Positions 9,976 to 20,113 are shown, counted from the stretch's first letter. The stretch: DNA of 64,000 nucleotides from an uncultured Verrucomicrobiae bacterium (GCA_963782115.1 CAWAIK010000003.1:416001-480000); one strand, 5' to 3'. Translations and numbers: made by a program. The notes: generated by a model from the letters alone, not told the origin.

Positions 9976-11562
9976 ATGGCGAGACGTCAACTCCTATTTC
10001 CGGCGCTGATTCTGCTGCTCGCAGCAGTTGTTCGCTTCGCGTATCTGGATATAAAACCCCCGCATTTTGATGAAGGAATCAATGGTTGGTTCTGCGATCA
10101 GATGAGGAACTCCGGGTATTACACGTATGATCCGACCAATTACCACGGACCGCTCCATTTCTATGTTCTTTTTGTTTCGTTGAACCTGTTCGGCCGCAAT
10201 CTCTGGGCGTTGCGGCTTCCTGTAGTCCTGGCAAGTCTGCTCGCCATTTTCTGGATCTTCCTGTTTCGACCGTTCTTCAGCCGGACCGTTTGCTATTTGG
10301 CTGCGCTCAGTATGGCGATTTCTCCGGGATTCATTTTTTACGATCGCTACTCCATTCACGAATCATGGATGGTCCTGTTTCTCATTGTCACTTTCTGGGG
10401 AATTCTCGGCATCTCGACCTCGAGACAACCGAGATACTTCTGGGGATGTGTCCTGGGAGTGACCGGAGTTATTTTGACAAAGGAAACCTACATCATTCAT
10501 CTCGCCTCGTTTGCCGCCGCCGGTTGCCTCGCACCGATATGGAGCCGGCTGAAGAAGGAGACATCATCGAATCGACCGAGCGGGCAGCTTCCCGGTCGAC
10601 ACATCGCAGCGGCCATTCTGGTTGGCGTGTCGTTGATCATTTTCTTCTATTCGGGAAACTTCCGAAACTGGAACGGATTGGCGGGACTCTACCAGACATT
10701 TCTTCCCTGGACCAGAACGGGGATCGATGCGGCTGGACACGGCAAGCCCGATTTCGATCTGTTCCCGCTGATTCCTCAGTCTCTGGCAAAAGCTCCGGTT
10801 CTCGGAAGATTTGCGAGCCTCAAACTGAATTGGTACTGGGTTCGTCTGCTGGTTGACTACGAGTGGTTCGCCCTGGCTGGTTTATTGTTTTCAGTGCGAT
10901 TCTTCTTCGGTGGCCAGACCCTCCTTCGATACCTTGCGATATACGGCCTGGGTGTTCTCTTTGCTTACAGCATCATCCCGTACAAGACTCCCTGGTGCAT
11001 CATTTCGATCGCCTGGCCTTTCCTGTTTCTCGGGGCAGCCCTGATCGAATTTGTCGCGCGACGATTCAATCGGCTCCTCGCGGTCTTCCTCAGCGTGCCG
11101 CTGTTCGCTCAATCAATCTGGAAGTCGTACGACTTGAACCTGGTCAGATACGACGATCCAAAAGAGCGGTATGTGTATGTCCAGACGGTTCGTGAATATC
11201 ACAAGCTGGTCGATCCAATTCTGGAAAAAGGCGCCAGAGATCCGGCTTCAAGGCAAAAACTTTCGGGCCTCATCCTTTTGTCCAGCTACTTTCCAATTCC
11301 TTGGGTTCTGGGCGATTTTCCCAATATCGGGTACTACGTTAAACCCGATAACTGGCCGAATAAAATCGACGCAGACTTCGTCGTCGTCGATGCAGACAAA
11401 GCGGACGAATTGGAAAAACGATTGAAAGATCGATATTTCACAGCAGACTTTCATCTTCGCGACGGTATGGATGCATGTCGCGCATACTTTCGCTACGAAG
11501 CATTTCGGGACATTTTTCCAGGTCGGCAACCGGAGTTTCAGCCAGGTCAATCGGAAGAATGA
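9976..11562 (+). CDS. Agl23-like (TIGR03663-type) GT-C/PMT_2 membrane protein
   Basis: PPHFDEG, YDPTNYHGP, RYSIHE, TKET, YSIIPYKTPW, YVYVQT motifs; many TM segments. Confidence 0.75.
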   Translation: MARRQLLFPALILLLAAVVRFAYLDIKPPHFDEGINGWFCDQMRNSGYYTYDPTNYHGPLHFYVLFVSLNLFGRNLWALRLPVVLASLLAIFWIFLFRPFFSRTVCYLAALSMAISPGFIFYDRYSIHESWMVLFLIVTFWGILGISTSRQPRYFWGCVLGVTGVILTKETYIIHLASFAAAGCLAPIWSRLKKETSSNRPSGQLPGRHIAAAILVGVSLIIFFYSGNFRNWNGLAGLYQTFLPWTRTGIDAAGHGKPDFDLFPLIPQSLAKAPVLGRFASLKLNWYWVRLLVDYEWFALAGLLFSVRFFFGGQTLLRYLAIYGLGVLFAYSIIPYKTPWCIISIAWPFLFLGAALIEFVARRFNRLLAVFLSVPLFAQSIWKSYDLNLVRYDDPKERYVYVQTVREYHKLVDPILEKGARDPASRQKLSGLILLSSYFPIPWVLGDFPNIGYYVKPDNWPNKIDADFVVVDADKADELEKRLKDRYFTADFHLRDGMDACRAYFRYEAFRDIFPGRQPEFQPGQSEE

Positions 11563-13298
11563 ATCTCTCGCTCGTTGTTCTCTGTTGGATCGCTATTTCC
11601 ACCATTCTCGGGATACTCTTTGGCTACTCGTCGGTTCAACTGACACCATCGACTGCCATTATTGCGCTTTTACTCGGTTTGATTTTGGCCGGGGTGCCAT
11701 TGTTCCTGCACCGAGGCGGAACAGGGTTCAGGACACCCGATCGCCGCCAGTTTATCGCCTTTGCTATAGCTATCTTTTTTCTTGTTTTCGCTGTACGAGA
11801 ATTCGGTCAGGTCATCTTTGTGGCGAATGACGAGATCCGGGTGATCTCTCCCAATAATCTCGGCGATATCTGCCTTCACCTGACGCATATCAACTATCTG
11901 GCAAGCAGCCCGCATTTCTGGCCGGAGAATCCAATCTTTGCGTTCGACAAATTGCGATACCCGATCGGTCTAAATGTATTCAACGCCGAACTGAAACTGG
12001 TCGGAATCGAGCCCAAGCTGGGCATCATCCTGGTCGGCTTGGTCGGTTCCGTGATTACTCTCCGAGCACTTTTCCTCTTTAACGGTTCATTCGGCGTCGC
12101 CGCCTTTCTTTTCAACGGAGGACTTGCCGGCTTTCTTTTTTTCCAATCTTATGCTCTGAAGGATTATCAGGCTGACGTGGCGTGGAAATCAATCCCGCTC
12201 GCGATGTTCGTGACGCAACGAGGCTTGCTCTATGCCGTTCCGGCCGGTTTGTTCCTGCTGCATCATTGGAAGACCACGTTGCTGGACAGGCGCCGAGAAC
12301 AAGGCATCCCCGCTTGGGTCGAATGGTTGCTCTACTGCACGATGCCGCTCTTTCATCTCCACACGTTTCTCTTTTTGTCGTTCCTCCTGTTCTGGTGGTT
12401 CGTGTTTGGAGATCCAAACTGGCGGAGCCATTTCCTCCGATTGGTCCTGCTCTCTCTCATTCCTGCCACATTCCTTGTCTACGTTGTTACCGGGTTCGCT
12501 AAAACCGGAGCGATCGGCTGGAAGCTGGATTGGATGGCCGGCCCGAACGAGGCTCCTTGGTGGTTCTGGTTACAGAATTTCGGCCTGTTCTTGCCGGCTT
12601 CTCTCGCGCTGCTGATCTATCTCCTGATTCCTGCCAAACCCCTCGCGCGCGACGCCAGGCAGAGACTTCGTCTGTTATTCTTTCCCGCAACAGCCGTCTT
12701 TATTGCTTGTTCCATGATAAAATTCGCTCCCTGGGAATGGGACAACACCAAGCTCTTTTTCTGGGCCTATCTCGTGATGATGTTCTGTCTATGGGAGGCC
12801 TTCCTCGTCAAGTGGCACCCTCTCCTTCGGGTCCCGGTCATTGTTGGGCTGTTTTTTTCCGGCTTTGTCAGTCTGGTGGGCGGAATTTGTGCCAATCCGC
12901 AAGGTTATGGTGTTGGCGTTGCCAGCGAATGGCAACAGGTGGCAGATGCGACCCGTTTTTTCCCTCCGAGCACCGTGTTCGCGACCTACCCAACCTACAA
13001 TCATCCGGTACTGGTAAGCGGGCATCGTGTTGTCATGGGGTTTCCCGGCCACCTCTGGAGTCACGGACTCAACTATCAACCAGTCGAAGCTAAACTTTTG
13101 GTCCTGATGAATTCAGAGACCGGTTGGGAAAAAATCGCCAAAGATCTCCGCGCCGATTACCTGTTCTGGGGACAATTCGAAGAAACAAATTATCCGGATT
13201 CTAAAAAGGAATGGGAACAAAACTGCCGGCTGGTTGCCGGGGGTTCATGGGGGCAAATTTATGATCTCCACAGCTTTTCCAATGCCAGCAGCCCCTAG
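11559..13298 (+). CDS. Polytopic membrane protein, possible GT-C glycosyltransferase
   Basis: ATGA-coupled to previous gene; NNLGD..LH, WPENPIF, YPIG, QRGLLYA, WEWDNTK, GHLWSHG motifs; many TM segments. Confidence 0.65.
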   Translation: MNLSLVVLCWIAISTILGILFGYSSVQLTPSTAIIALLLGLILAGVPLFLHRGGTGFRTPDRRQFIAFAIAIFFLVFAVREFGQVIFVANDEIRVISPNNLGDICLHLTHINYLASSPHFWPENPIFAFDKLRYPIGLNVFNAELKLVGIEPKLGIILVGLVGSVITLRALFLFNGSFGVAAFLFNGGLAGFLFFQSYALKDYQADVAWKSIPLAMFVTQRGLLYAVPAGLFLLHHWKTTLLDRRREQGIPAWVEWLLYCTMPLFHLHTFLFLSFLLFWWFVFGDPNWRSHFLRLVLLSLIPATFLVYVVTGFAKTGAIGWKLDWMAGPNEAPWWFWLQNFGLFLPASLALLIYLLIPAKPLARDARQRLRLLFFPATAVFIACSMIKFAPWEWDNTKLFFWAYLVMMFCLWEAFLVKWHPLLRVPVIVGLFFSGFVSLVGGICANPQGYGVGVASEWQQVADATRFFPPSTVFATYPTYNHPVLVSGHRVVMGFPGHLWSHGLNYQPVEAKLLVLMNSETGWEKIAKDLRADYLFWGQFEETNYPDSKKEWEQNCRLVAGGSWGQIYDLHSFSNASSP

Positions 13299-13327
13299 TG
13301 TCCTGTCCCATGTCCTATTGCAGCCCA

Positions 13328-14128
13328 TCAGATGGGCGGACGCCCTACCCTGACACGTTCCCTCCGCCCGCACGGCAGCAAAATGATCTGTTTTAATTTC
13401 CCTTTCTGCCTCACATAGAACGGAATCCCGTAGCCACCCGAAATGTGGCCGCGACCAGTAAACACCATCAGCGGGATTCTGGGCTCCCGATCCTTGAACT
13501 CTAAAATCCGGCTGGCCATCGTCTGATCCCAAACGTTTTGCGCGTCAAAAAATCGACGCTGATCCTTTTCGTTCATCCCCGGATGGTCGCCCATCATGGC
13601 AACAAAGTTCCTGTAACCCTGTTTGGTCAGAACGAATCCGGCTGGAATCATCCCCCTCTCTTCCGCCGTTAATGGTTCTCCATGAGCAATCTTTCGAGCC
13701 AATTCGGGCGGAGCGTTCAGCGCGAGATTCGGGACACTCGCGTTCCCGGCAATTTGCAGAATTTGCTTGTACACCGGCGAATAGATTCCCCAATGCTCTT
13801 GAAAATCGGTCCTTGCCAACATCGCTTCCAACGGGATCGCGTGAGAGGCCCAAAGATCCATCACGCCTTGTTGGGTCATGTCGAACATTTCCCAACCGAT
13901 CGCAAATTTCATTTTTCGTTTCAGCAGGCCACGAACCAGTTGCAGCTCGTATTGGTGATGAGCCGGGTCATCATGCATTTCGCCGACATAGACCACATCC
14001 GCTTTCTCTATCGACTGCCAGAATTGTTCGTCCGGATTCGCAGACGCTTCCACCCGCTCGGTCCCCGAGCGTAACGCGCATGAAACAAGGGAAAGCAAGA
14101 GCGCGACAAAAGGTACAATACTTCGCAT
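13328..14128 (-). CDS. ChaN-family lipoprotein
   Basis: Lipobox LVSC; ADVVYVGEMHDDPAHH, IGWEMF, AQNVWDQTMA, GRGH..YGIP. Confidence 0.85.
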   Translation of the reverse strand: MRSIVPFVALLLSLVSCALRSGTERVEASANPDEQFWQSIEKADVVYVGEMHDDPAHHQYELQLVRGLLKRKMKFAIGWEMFDMTQQGVMDLWASHAIPLEAMLARTDFQEHWGIYSPVYKQILQIAGNASVPNLALNAPPELARKIAHGEPLTAEERGMIPAGFVLTKQGYRNFVAMMGDHPGMNEKDQRRFFDAQNVWDQTMASRILEFKDREPRIPLMVFTGRGHISGGYGIPFYVRQKGKLKQIILLPCGRRERVRVGRPPI

Positions 14129-14357
14129 GGAACAAACTATGTGTAAATCAAGCGCCCCGCACGCGTGGGAGCAGGTCGGCGCGGGGCGGCATCTAAGCGC
14201 TCCCCATACCCAATCCCGATTCCTGTGGGAGCCCCAAGAAATTTTCAATTTTTCCCTAAAATCTTGAAACCCCAGACCGCAAATCCATTTGTAAGAGGAG
14301 AAGAGAAATGCGGCCGCAAACGGCCAGATCTGCAGAAACAAAGACTAAAAAACTGCT

Positions 14358-14489
14358 ATGCAGTCTACTACTACTTCATGCCGTTTCGCGGAGCTTTATC
14401 AAAGGCGAATGAGGAAATTCAACTTGACGGTCCTCTTTGTCGCGGCGGTGGCGTTGGCGGTCGCGTCACTTCTAATGTTAATCTCTTAA
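14358..14489 (+). CDS. Putative 43-aa single-pass membrane small protein
   Basis: MQSTTTSCRFAELYQRRMRKFNLTVLFVAAVALAVASLLMLIS*: basic patch then hydrophobic tail, in an otherwise empty gap. Confidence 0.45.
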   Translation: MQSTTTSCRFAELYQRRMRKFNLTVLFVAAVALAVASLLMLIS

Positions 14490-14523
14490 TTGAAAGGACC
14501 GCACCATAGTTCCACGGGAGTAA

Positions 14524-14587
14524 GTAAGCCGTCCCGGCTTACCTCCGGGTTGCGAGTGCTGACCGAAGGGTAAGGCGAGACGCCTTA
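14524..14587. repeat. Inverted pair of REP-like palindromes
   Basis: GTAAGCC-gtccc-GGCTTAC (14524-14542) and GTAAGGCG-aga-CGCCTTAC (14569-14587); each is a hairpin and the two are near reverse complements. Confidence 0.7.
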
Positions 14588-14704
14588 CATACAGGTTTTG
14601 ATGGCTGCCTCGCTCCCCTCACTTAGATCTGGCGGTGCTTGCGGTCCAGCGAAACGCGGGACGGCTCAGTCCGCGGCGGTGAAGGCGTCGAATCCATCTT
14701 TCCC

Positions 14705-15377
14705 TTAGCTTTCCCGTGCCACAGTCAGCACTTCCTTGGAATCCTTGGCCAACCGGCAGCGGATCAGCGCCGCTAAGAGACGCGGAAACTCTTTGTCCGG
14801 CACCAGTTTCGCCAGCTCGTCTGCCTTCGTCGGAAGACCAAGCTTAGCTTACCCGCGGACTTCAGTTCAGCGCAGCAGCATCGGCAAATGGCTTAAGCTC
14901 CGGCCATGCGGTTTGCACTTCGCGCAGGAAAATGTCGGCGCCGACTTCGCCGATGCCTTTGCACTCCATGAGCAGCTTGCGTTCACGTGCCGGATCGCGT
15001 CCCGCCGCTTCGCGCAGCTTGCGTAAGTCGCCGTTATAACACTTCAACAGGAGGTCGGACGTCTCGGCGAGCATCCGCGAAGTCTTCTCGTCGTAGCGGG
15101 CGTAGCCGGCGTGATTCAGAACGCGCGTGCGCTCTTCCCAAGTTGCCGCAGCCATTTTTCGTGCGCTCGTCCATCCGCTCTTCGTCAAAGCACGCGCCGC
15201 CTCCGTGGCGATTTCATTCCCGATCCGTGCGCTGAACAGCAGCGAAGCGCAAAGCCATCGAAAAAGCGCGGAGGGTGTCGGGTTTCCCATTTCGATTCCA
15301 AGCTCCCTGGAAAACGTGCGGCCGTGCCGTTTCATGAGCGCCACGATGACCTTCTTCTCGTTCGGCTTGCTCATCAC
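14705..15377 (-). pseudogene. HhH-GPD-like endonuclease, C-terminus disrupted by two 5-bp duplications
   Basis: LFSARI, AGYARYDEKTS, CKGIGEVGADIFLREVQ..WPEL; premature TGA at 14862; removing the duplications restores the frame to TAA at 14705. Confidence 0.8.
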
Positions 15378-15416
15378 CCTGAATCTTCCGCGAGCTTTGC
15401 TGTGAACAGCACGTAT

Positions 15417-15863
15417 TTACTCACTCGCTTTGCGCGTTCGAGCCGCCTTCTTCGCTGCTGCGGATCTTTCGGCTGCCGAGCGTTTCTGTGCAGCCGTGCG
15501 TGTCTGCCGCGACAACGCTTCAGGCGAAGCCGCCGCGCTGCTCTCCCGCTGCAGAGCCTTTAATGTCGCTCGTGATCGATTGGCTGAGGGCTTCTTCCCC
15601 GAGTCGGCCTTTTTCAGATCGCGCTGCGCCTTGCGGCGAGTGGCCTCCGAAGTCTTGCCCGGCTTTGGCGGCGCCAATTTCACTCCGACTCGGCGCGCTT
15701 TGGAAAGCCCGATGGCGATGGCCTGTTTCGTCGAACGAGCTCCATGCTTCCCCGCGCGGATTTCTTCGATCTCCTCGCGAACAAATTCACCGGCCTGCGT
15801 GGAGGCGGACTTCCCTTCGCGCTTATCGCGGCGCGCACGTTCGATGGTTTGTTTCTTCGGCAT
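15417..15863 (-). CDS. Basic Lys/Arg/Ala-rich putative DNA-binding protein (DUF6496-like)
   Basis: STQAGEFVREEI, HGARSTKQAIAIGLSKARR, RSAAAKKAARTRK. Confidence 0.8.
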   Translation of the reverse strand: MPKKQTIERARRDKREGKSASTQAGEFVREEIEEIRAGKHGARSTKQAIAIGLSKARRVGVKLAPPKPGKTSEATRRKAQRDLKKADSGKKPSANRSRATLKALQRESSAAASPEALSRQTRTAAQKRSAAERSAAAKKAARTRKASE

Positions 15864-15986
15864 GATGGGTACTCAGAAAATTCGCCGCCGGGGGTTCATC
15901 TGGGTGTATTTAATCGTTGCATTCGAGTACGACGATTGATGGGATCGCCCGGGTGGAAGCGGTCGAGACAAAACGCTGCCATTCGA

Positions 15987-16252
15987 GCTCTCTGCTCTCT
16001 CTATCGTTATCGTCATCGTCCTCGTGTTCGTTATCGATCTTTGAACGTTGCCGGCCACTGCGCTTCTGGAATCCGATAAGACAGCCGCTTGAAGAACCGC
16101 GTAGCTGCGTCTCTTGACACTAAAAGCATCGAATCGAGGACGATAACGAGCACGAGCACGATCGGTGGGGAAGAACGGCGACCGGGTCGCTCCTTTCTCC
16201 CCCACTCCTTGAATTCTTTCCCTCCCACCGTTAATACCCCTGGTCGTGCAGT
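15987..16252 (+). repeat. 266-bp direct repeat, copy 1
   Basis: Matches 20327-20592 except for 5 substitutions counted by eye; offset 4340 bp. Confidence 0.95.
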
Positions 16253-16407
16253 GATGGATCGGTACCGGGAGGGGTTATTCCGTTATCGCGCGGCCCCGCA
16301 CATAAGCAAATGCCGCAAGCCAGGTCAGCCGCAGGGGTTCGGGGTGTCGCCGCAATTCAAACGATGCCTCGACTGCAACCCGCTGCCGATACCGCTCCAG
16401 CTCTTGA

Positions 16408-17476
16408 GTGGGCGTGTGTGCCCACCACGCCATGGCAGATGCTGACGACGAAAACCAGCAGATCCTTCCCTTCCCCATCCTTGTGGAATCAACCATTCCC
16501 ACGAACGGTGATGTGAATCCCTACGGGGTCGCATTTGTGCCGAACGGCTTTCCGGCTGGAGGACTTCTCAATCCGGGGGATCTTTTGGTTTCCAACTTCA
16601 ATAACAACCAGAATATTCAAGGGACCGGCACCACGATTATCAAGGTGGCGCCCAATGGCCAAACATCTCTCTTTTTCCAGGGAACTGCCCCGCTTGGTTT
16701 GAGTACAGGGTTAGCGGTGCTTAAAAGAGGGTTTGTGCTGGTCGCCAACTGTCCGACCACCGGCGGCGCTACGCCGATGGCACAACCGGGATCGCTTCTG
16801 GTGATCGACCCCAATGGACGCTTGATAAATACGATCATCGGTCCGCTGATCCACGGCCCGTGGGACTTCACAGTCCACGACGAGGGAAACAAGGTTAAGG
16901 TCTTCGTTTCAAACGTGCTGACTGGTACGGTGTCGCGTCTGGACTTGGCTTTGGATGGCGGTAATGTCGTCGTGAAAAACGCGGCGGTGATCGCTTCGGG
17001 CTACATACACCGGCCCGACCCTGCCACGTTTGAGGTGGGCCCGACTGGGTCGGCCTACGATCCGCGTAAAGATATTCTCTATGTCGCCTCTACAGGAGAC
17101 AACGAGGTCTTCGCGGTCAACAATGCCGGCGAGGAAAACCAATCGCGGGGTCTGTGCCAGTTGATCTACAAGGATCAGGTGCATCTGCATGGGGCATTGG
17201 CAATGGTTCTCGCGCCCAATGGGCATCTGCTGGTTAGCAATAGCGACGGAATCAACCCGGATCCAAATCAGCCCAGCGAAATCGTGGAATTCACCGTGCA
17301 TGGTAAATTCATCGGCCAGTTCTCGGTCGATCCGGCCCAAGGTGGGGCATTCGGACTTAACATCGTACAGGCAAACTGACGATGTGGTTCGATTCGTGGC
17401 GGTAGACGACAACGCCAACACTATCACACTCTGGAAGTTGAACACCGCAAATTTGACCGACCCGGAACAACACTAA
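16408..17476 (+). pseudogene. Beta-propeller-like (NHL-type) protein with probable frameshift near the C-terminus
   Basis: STIPTNGDVNPYGVAFVP, VSNFNN, GPWD, VGPTG.AYD; stop at 17379, but an overlapping frame continues TDDVVRFVAVDDN to 17476. Confidence 0.6.
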
Positions 17477-17757
17477 AACCTAGCCCGCCCGAGTTCGAGA
17501 GAATCTCGGGAGATGCCGTCGTGGGCAGGGCGAATGCGTTCTCGATTTGCCCTTCCCATCACGTCAAAATTAGCGTCATCCCGCAAGATTCCGTGCAAAC
17601 GGGCCCAGATATCATGAAACTGCAATTCTACGTCGCCGGCTTGTTAGCTAAGAGACTTGTGCGCGGCGAGGTCTCAACGGGCAAGACGAAAGTTTCGAGG
17701 CTGAATTTAGAGTGCCTACTGCGGGCGGAGCTCCTCGCGTTGGTGGGCGAGTTGCTC

Positions 17758-18399
17758 TCAACGCGTCTCATGAGGACCGTGCTGAAACTCGTGCGACAAA
17801 TCCTTGAGCGACTGTGAATTGCCGTATTGTTCCACAACGTCGCCGCGCTTCAAAAGAAGCATGAAGGCAAGCATGTGGGCGGTGAGCAGTATCGGGACAA
17901 AAAGGGCTGGAATGTAGATTCCGGCACCGAAGAGTCCCACGTCGGCAGCTTGAGTGACGCCTTTATAGTAGGCGTTCAAAAGATCGGCCGTGCCCCAGAG
18001 ATTCAAGATCCAGACGATTGGAATTGCAAACGCCCAACGCCACGTGAGCGCCGCAATTGAAAAAAGCGCCAAGACTGCGGCGACGAAATCGCCCCATGCT
18101 ATTTGGTCACCGACCGCAGAGCTGAGTGCGGGAGATACGAATCCAATCACGATAAAGTTCATCCCCAAAAACCGAAACGCATGCAGAGAGGCGAGGATTC
18201 GTAGTGCGTTGTATCGGGGCAACGAACGAAGCGTTGGCCATACGTAGAGCTTGGCCACTACGAAGCTGGCGATGAAGGCGCCGATAACGCTCAGAACGAA
18301 GGGAAGATTGAAATGATTTGGTTGGGGCGAGGGCAACTGGGATTGCGCCACAGATGCCGCCGGGAGCATGGACATTAGTAAAGGGAACAGTAATTTCAT
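17758..18399 (-). CDS. Hypothetical integral membrane protein
   Basis: About 5-6 TM segments; LHAFRFLG, AWGD, NLWGTADLL; lies downstream of an operator palindrome. Confidence 0.75.
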   Translation of the reverse strand: MKLLFPLLMSMLPAASVAQSQLPSPQPNHFNLPFVLSVIGAFIASFVVAKLYVWPTLRSLPRYNALRILASLHAFRFLGMNFIVIGFVSPALSSAVGDQIAWGDFVAAVLALFSIAALTWRWAFAIPIVWILNLWGTADLLNAYYKGVTQAADVGLFGAGIYIPALFVPILLTAHMLAFMLLLKRGDVVEQYGNSQSLKDLSHEFQHGPHETR

Positions 18400-18710
18400 C
18401 GTTTACCTCGATTCAATTTGGTTTGGTCAGGTTGTTGCGTTTGGACTCGTTGCAATTCCGACTGCGAAAGAGCTGTCACGAGTCCGCCTACGATCATCAG
18501 AAGGGACACGCGCTTTGAACTTGGGGAAGCGGTTGCGTGAGTTCTACCCCGATAAGGCGCTATAGCGACACCCGGCACGCCTCTCAGCCACCGTACTGCA
18601 CCGTTGAGTGCGACGACGGACGCAAAGCGCGAATCCGGAAGACCGTGAGTGTGTCGCGCTTTTGGCTCATGAGTGATTTTGACGACTTCAATTGGCATAA
18701 TCTTCACCAA

Positions 18711-18728
18711 AGATTACGTTAGTAATCT
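18711..18728. promoter_or_regulatory. Putative TetR operator 2
   Basis: Palindrome AGATTAC-gtta-GTAATCT just downstream of tetR. Confidence 0.75.
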
Positions 18729-18742
18729 TACGCGGCAAATTT

Positions 18743-19342
18743 TTACCCCGCCTTTCCGGGGGCAAACGCCTCCAAATAAAATGACCGTGCTGCGGCCAGC
18801 ATGCGTTCACGGCCCTGCGGGTCCGCAATCGCTCGGGCGGCGACGAGTATGCCAGCCATTCCGGAGAACAAAATGAAGGCGCGGGCTCGCTTTTCCTCAG
18901 CCGTGCGACCGGAAATGTAGGGAAGCATGCGCTCGCCATAGGCCAGCATCGATTGATTAATTCGTTTGCGGACCTCCAGAGGCTGACGGGCGATCTCCGG
19001 CGCCAAAGCTGCGAGCGGGCAGCCGGTTCCAGGGGCATTCAGGTGTTTCGTGCTAAGGTATTGCTCTATCACGGTTCGTAACCCCGCACCTTTCGGGGCA
19101 GCTTCCGCGACTGCCACCAGCCGGTCGCCCAACTCCTCGAACGCCCGGGCGACCGCCGCTGCGTAAAGATCGCCCTTGCTCTCGAAATGGCGGTAAAAGC
19201 CGCCCTTGGTCAGACCCAGCTCCTTCATGACCTGGCCGATGCCGTTCAATTCAGACCCGTGCTCCCGGAACGACCGCGCAGCCGCCGCGAGGATTTTCTC
19301 GTGGGTCTCGGCTTTTTGCTCCGCAGGGTACCTCATGCTCAT
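18743..19342 (-). CDS. TetR/AcrR-family transcriptional regulator
   Basis: ILAAAARSFREHG...GLTKGGFYRHFESKGDL HTH; GCPLAAL. Confidence 0.95.
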   Translation of the reverse strand: MSMRYPAEQKAETHEKILAAAARSFREHGSELNGIGQVMKELGLTKGGFYRHFESKGDLYAAAVARAFEELGDRLVAVAEAAPKGAGLRTVIEQYLSTKHLNAPGTGCPLAALAPEIARQPLEVRKRINQSMLAYGERMLPYISGRTAEEKRARAFILFSGMAGILVAARAIADPQGRERMLAAARSFYLEAFAPGKAG

Positions 19343-19343
19343 G

Positions 19344-19361
19344 AGATTACGTAAGTAATCT
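19344..19361. promoter_or_regulatory. Putative TetR operator 1 (autoregulatory)
   Basis: Palindrome AGATTAC-gtaa-GTAATCT directly upstream of the tetR start. Confidence 0.8.
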
Positions 19362-19535
19362 TAAGGATGCAAGATCTTTTTGGAAGGTTCTGTGCAGGAC
19401 GGCCTCTGAAAGTTGACGCATAACGCGCACCCGTTGACATGCCCGTAGTGCTCCGTCCAGTTGGTCGGGTACTCGGAAGTTGGGACCAAACCAGCGTAGG
19501 CTAGCATAGCTCCGACGTCGGCACGTCGGGAAGAC

Positions 19536-20113
19536 TCAGGCTTCGCCGATCACCAAGCTTTCCCGAGCCGTTTCCACAACTGCTTTCGTAACTTCTTGAA
19601 GCGCATTGATTTCGAGAAATCGCTCGATTTGTGTCATAGTCGGTTCAGCAGGCGGAAGTTGCCGCCCGTTATCCGGATAATCGTCGCGACCGCTTCCGGG
19701 TCCCATGGCTGAGCGGGAAGATTCACCCCCGGCGGAGTCCAACGTTGTTCCAGCAGTTGGCGCGTCTCTGCCGCGGAAAGAGGTCGAAACTCATGGACAA
19801 ATCCGATGCGGGAGTAGAACTGCGGGTAACGTGCCAAGCGCTTCTCGATACCCGGCATCCCGATCAGAACCAAGCCGATACCCCCGTGGTCGAAAATACT
19901 TCGCACCTGCTCCAGCCCCGTCATTTTGAGACGGTCCGCCTCGTCAATCACAAGTAAGGTAGTCGGATCTGGCACGGCTCCTTCCACCCCCATCGCCCGA
20001 TCCCGTTGGTCGTAAAAAGCATTCTCCGCCGCGTCAGCTTCGGGACTGCGATAACCATTCGGGTTCTTTTGGGGGTCGCCTAATCGGTCGGCGCGGCGAA
20101 GGAGCCGCGTCAT
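19536..20113 (-). pseudogene. Transposon-associated AAA+ ATPase (TniB/TnsC-like) relic
   Basis: Walker [34 protein letters not shown]; no Walker A; frameshift at about 19634 joins to TQIERFLEIN...ARESLVIG. Confidence 0.8.

Noticed and set aside
15873..16228. ORFs within the 266-bp repeat (also 20150-20568)
   Set aside because: RARARYR, ITSTSTI and VLVLVIV strings are translations of the hexamer DNA repeats
18396..18710. 104-aa ORF between the operator and the membrane gene
   Set aside because: Well positioned but no recognisable protein features; may be a decayed gene and cannot be supported
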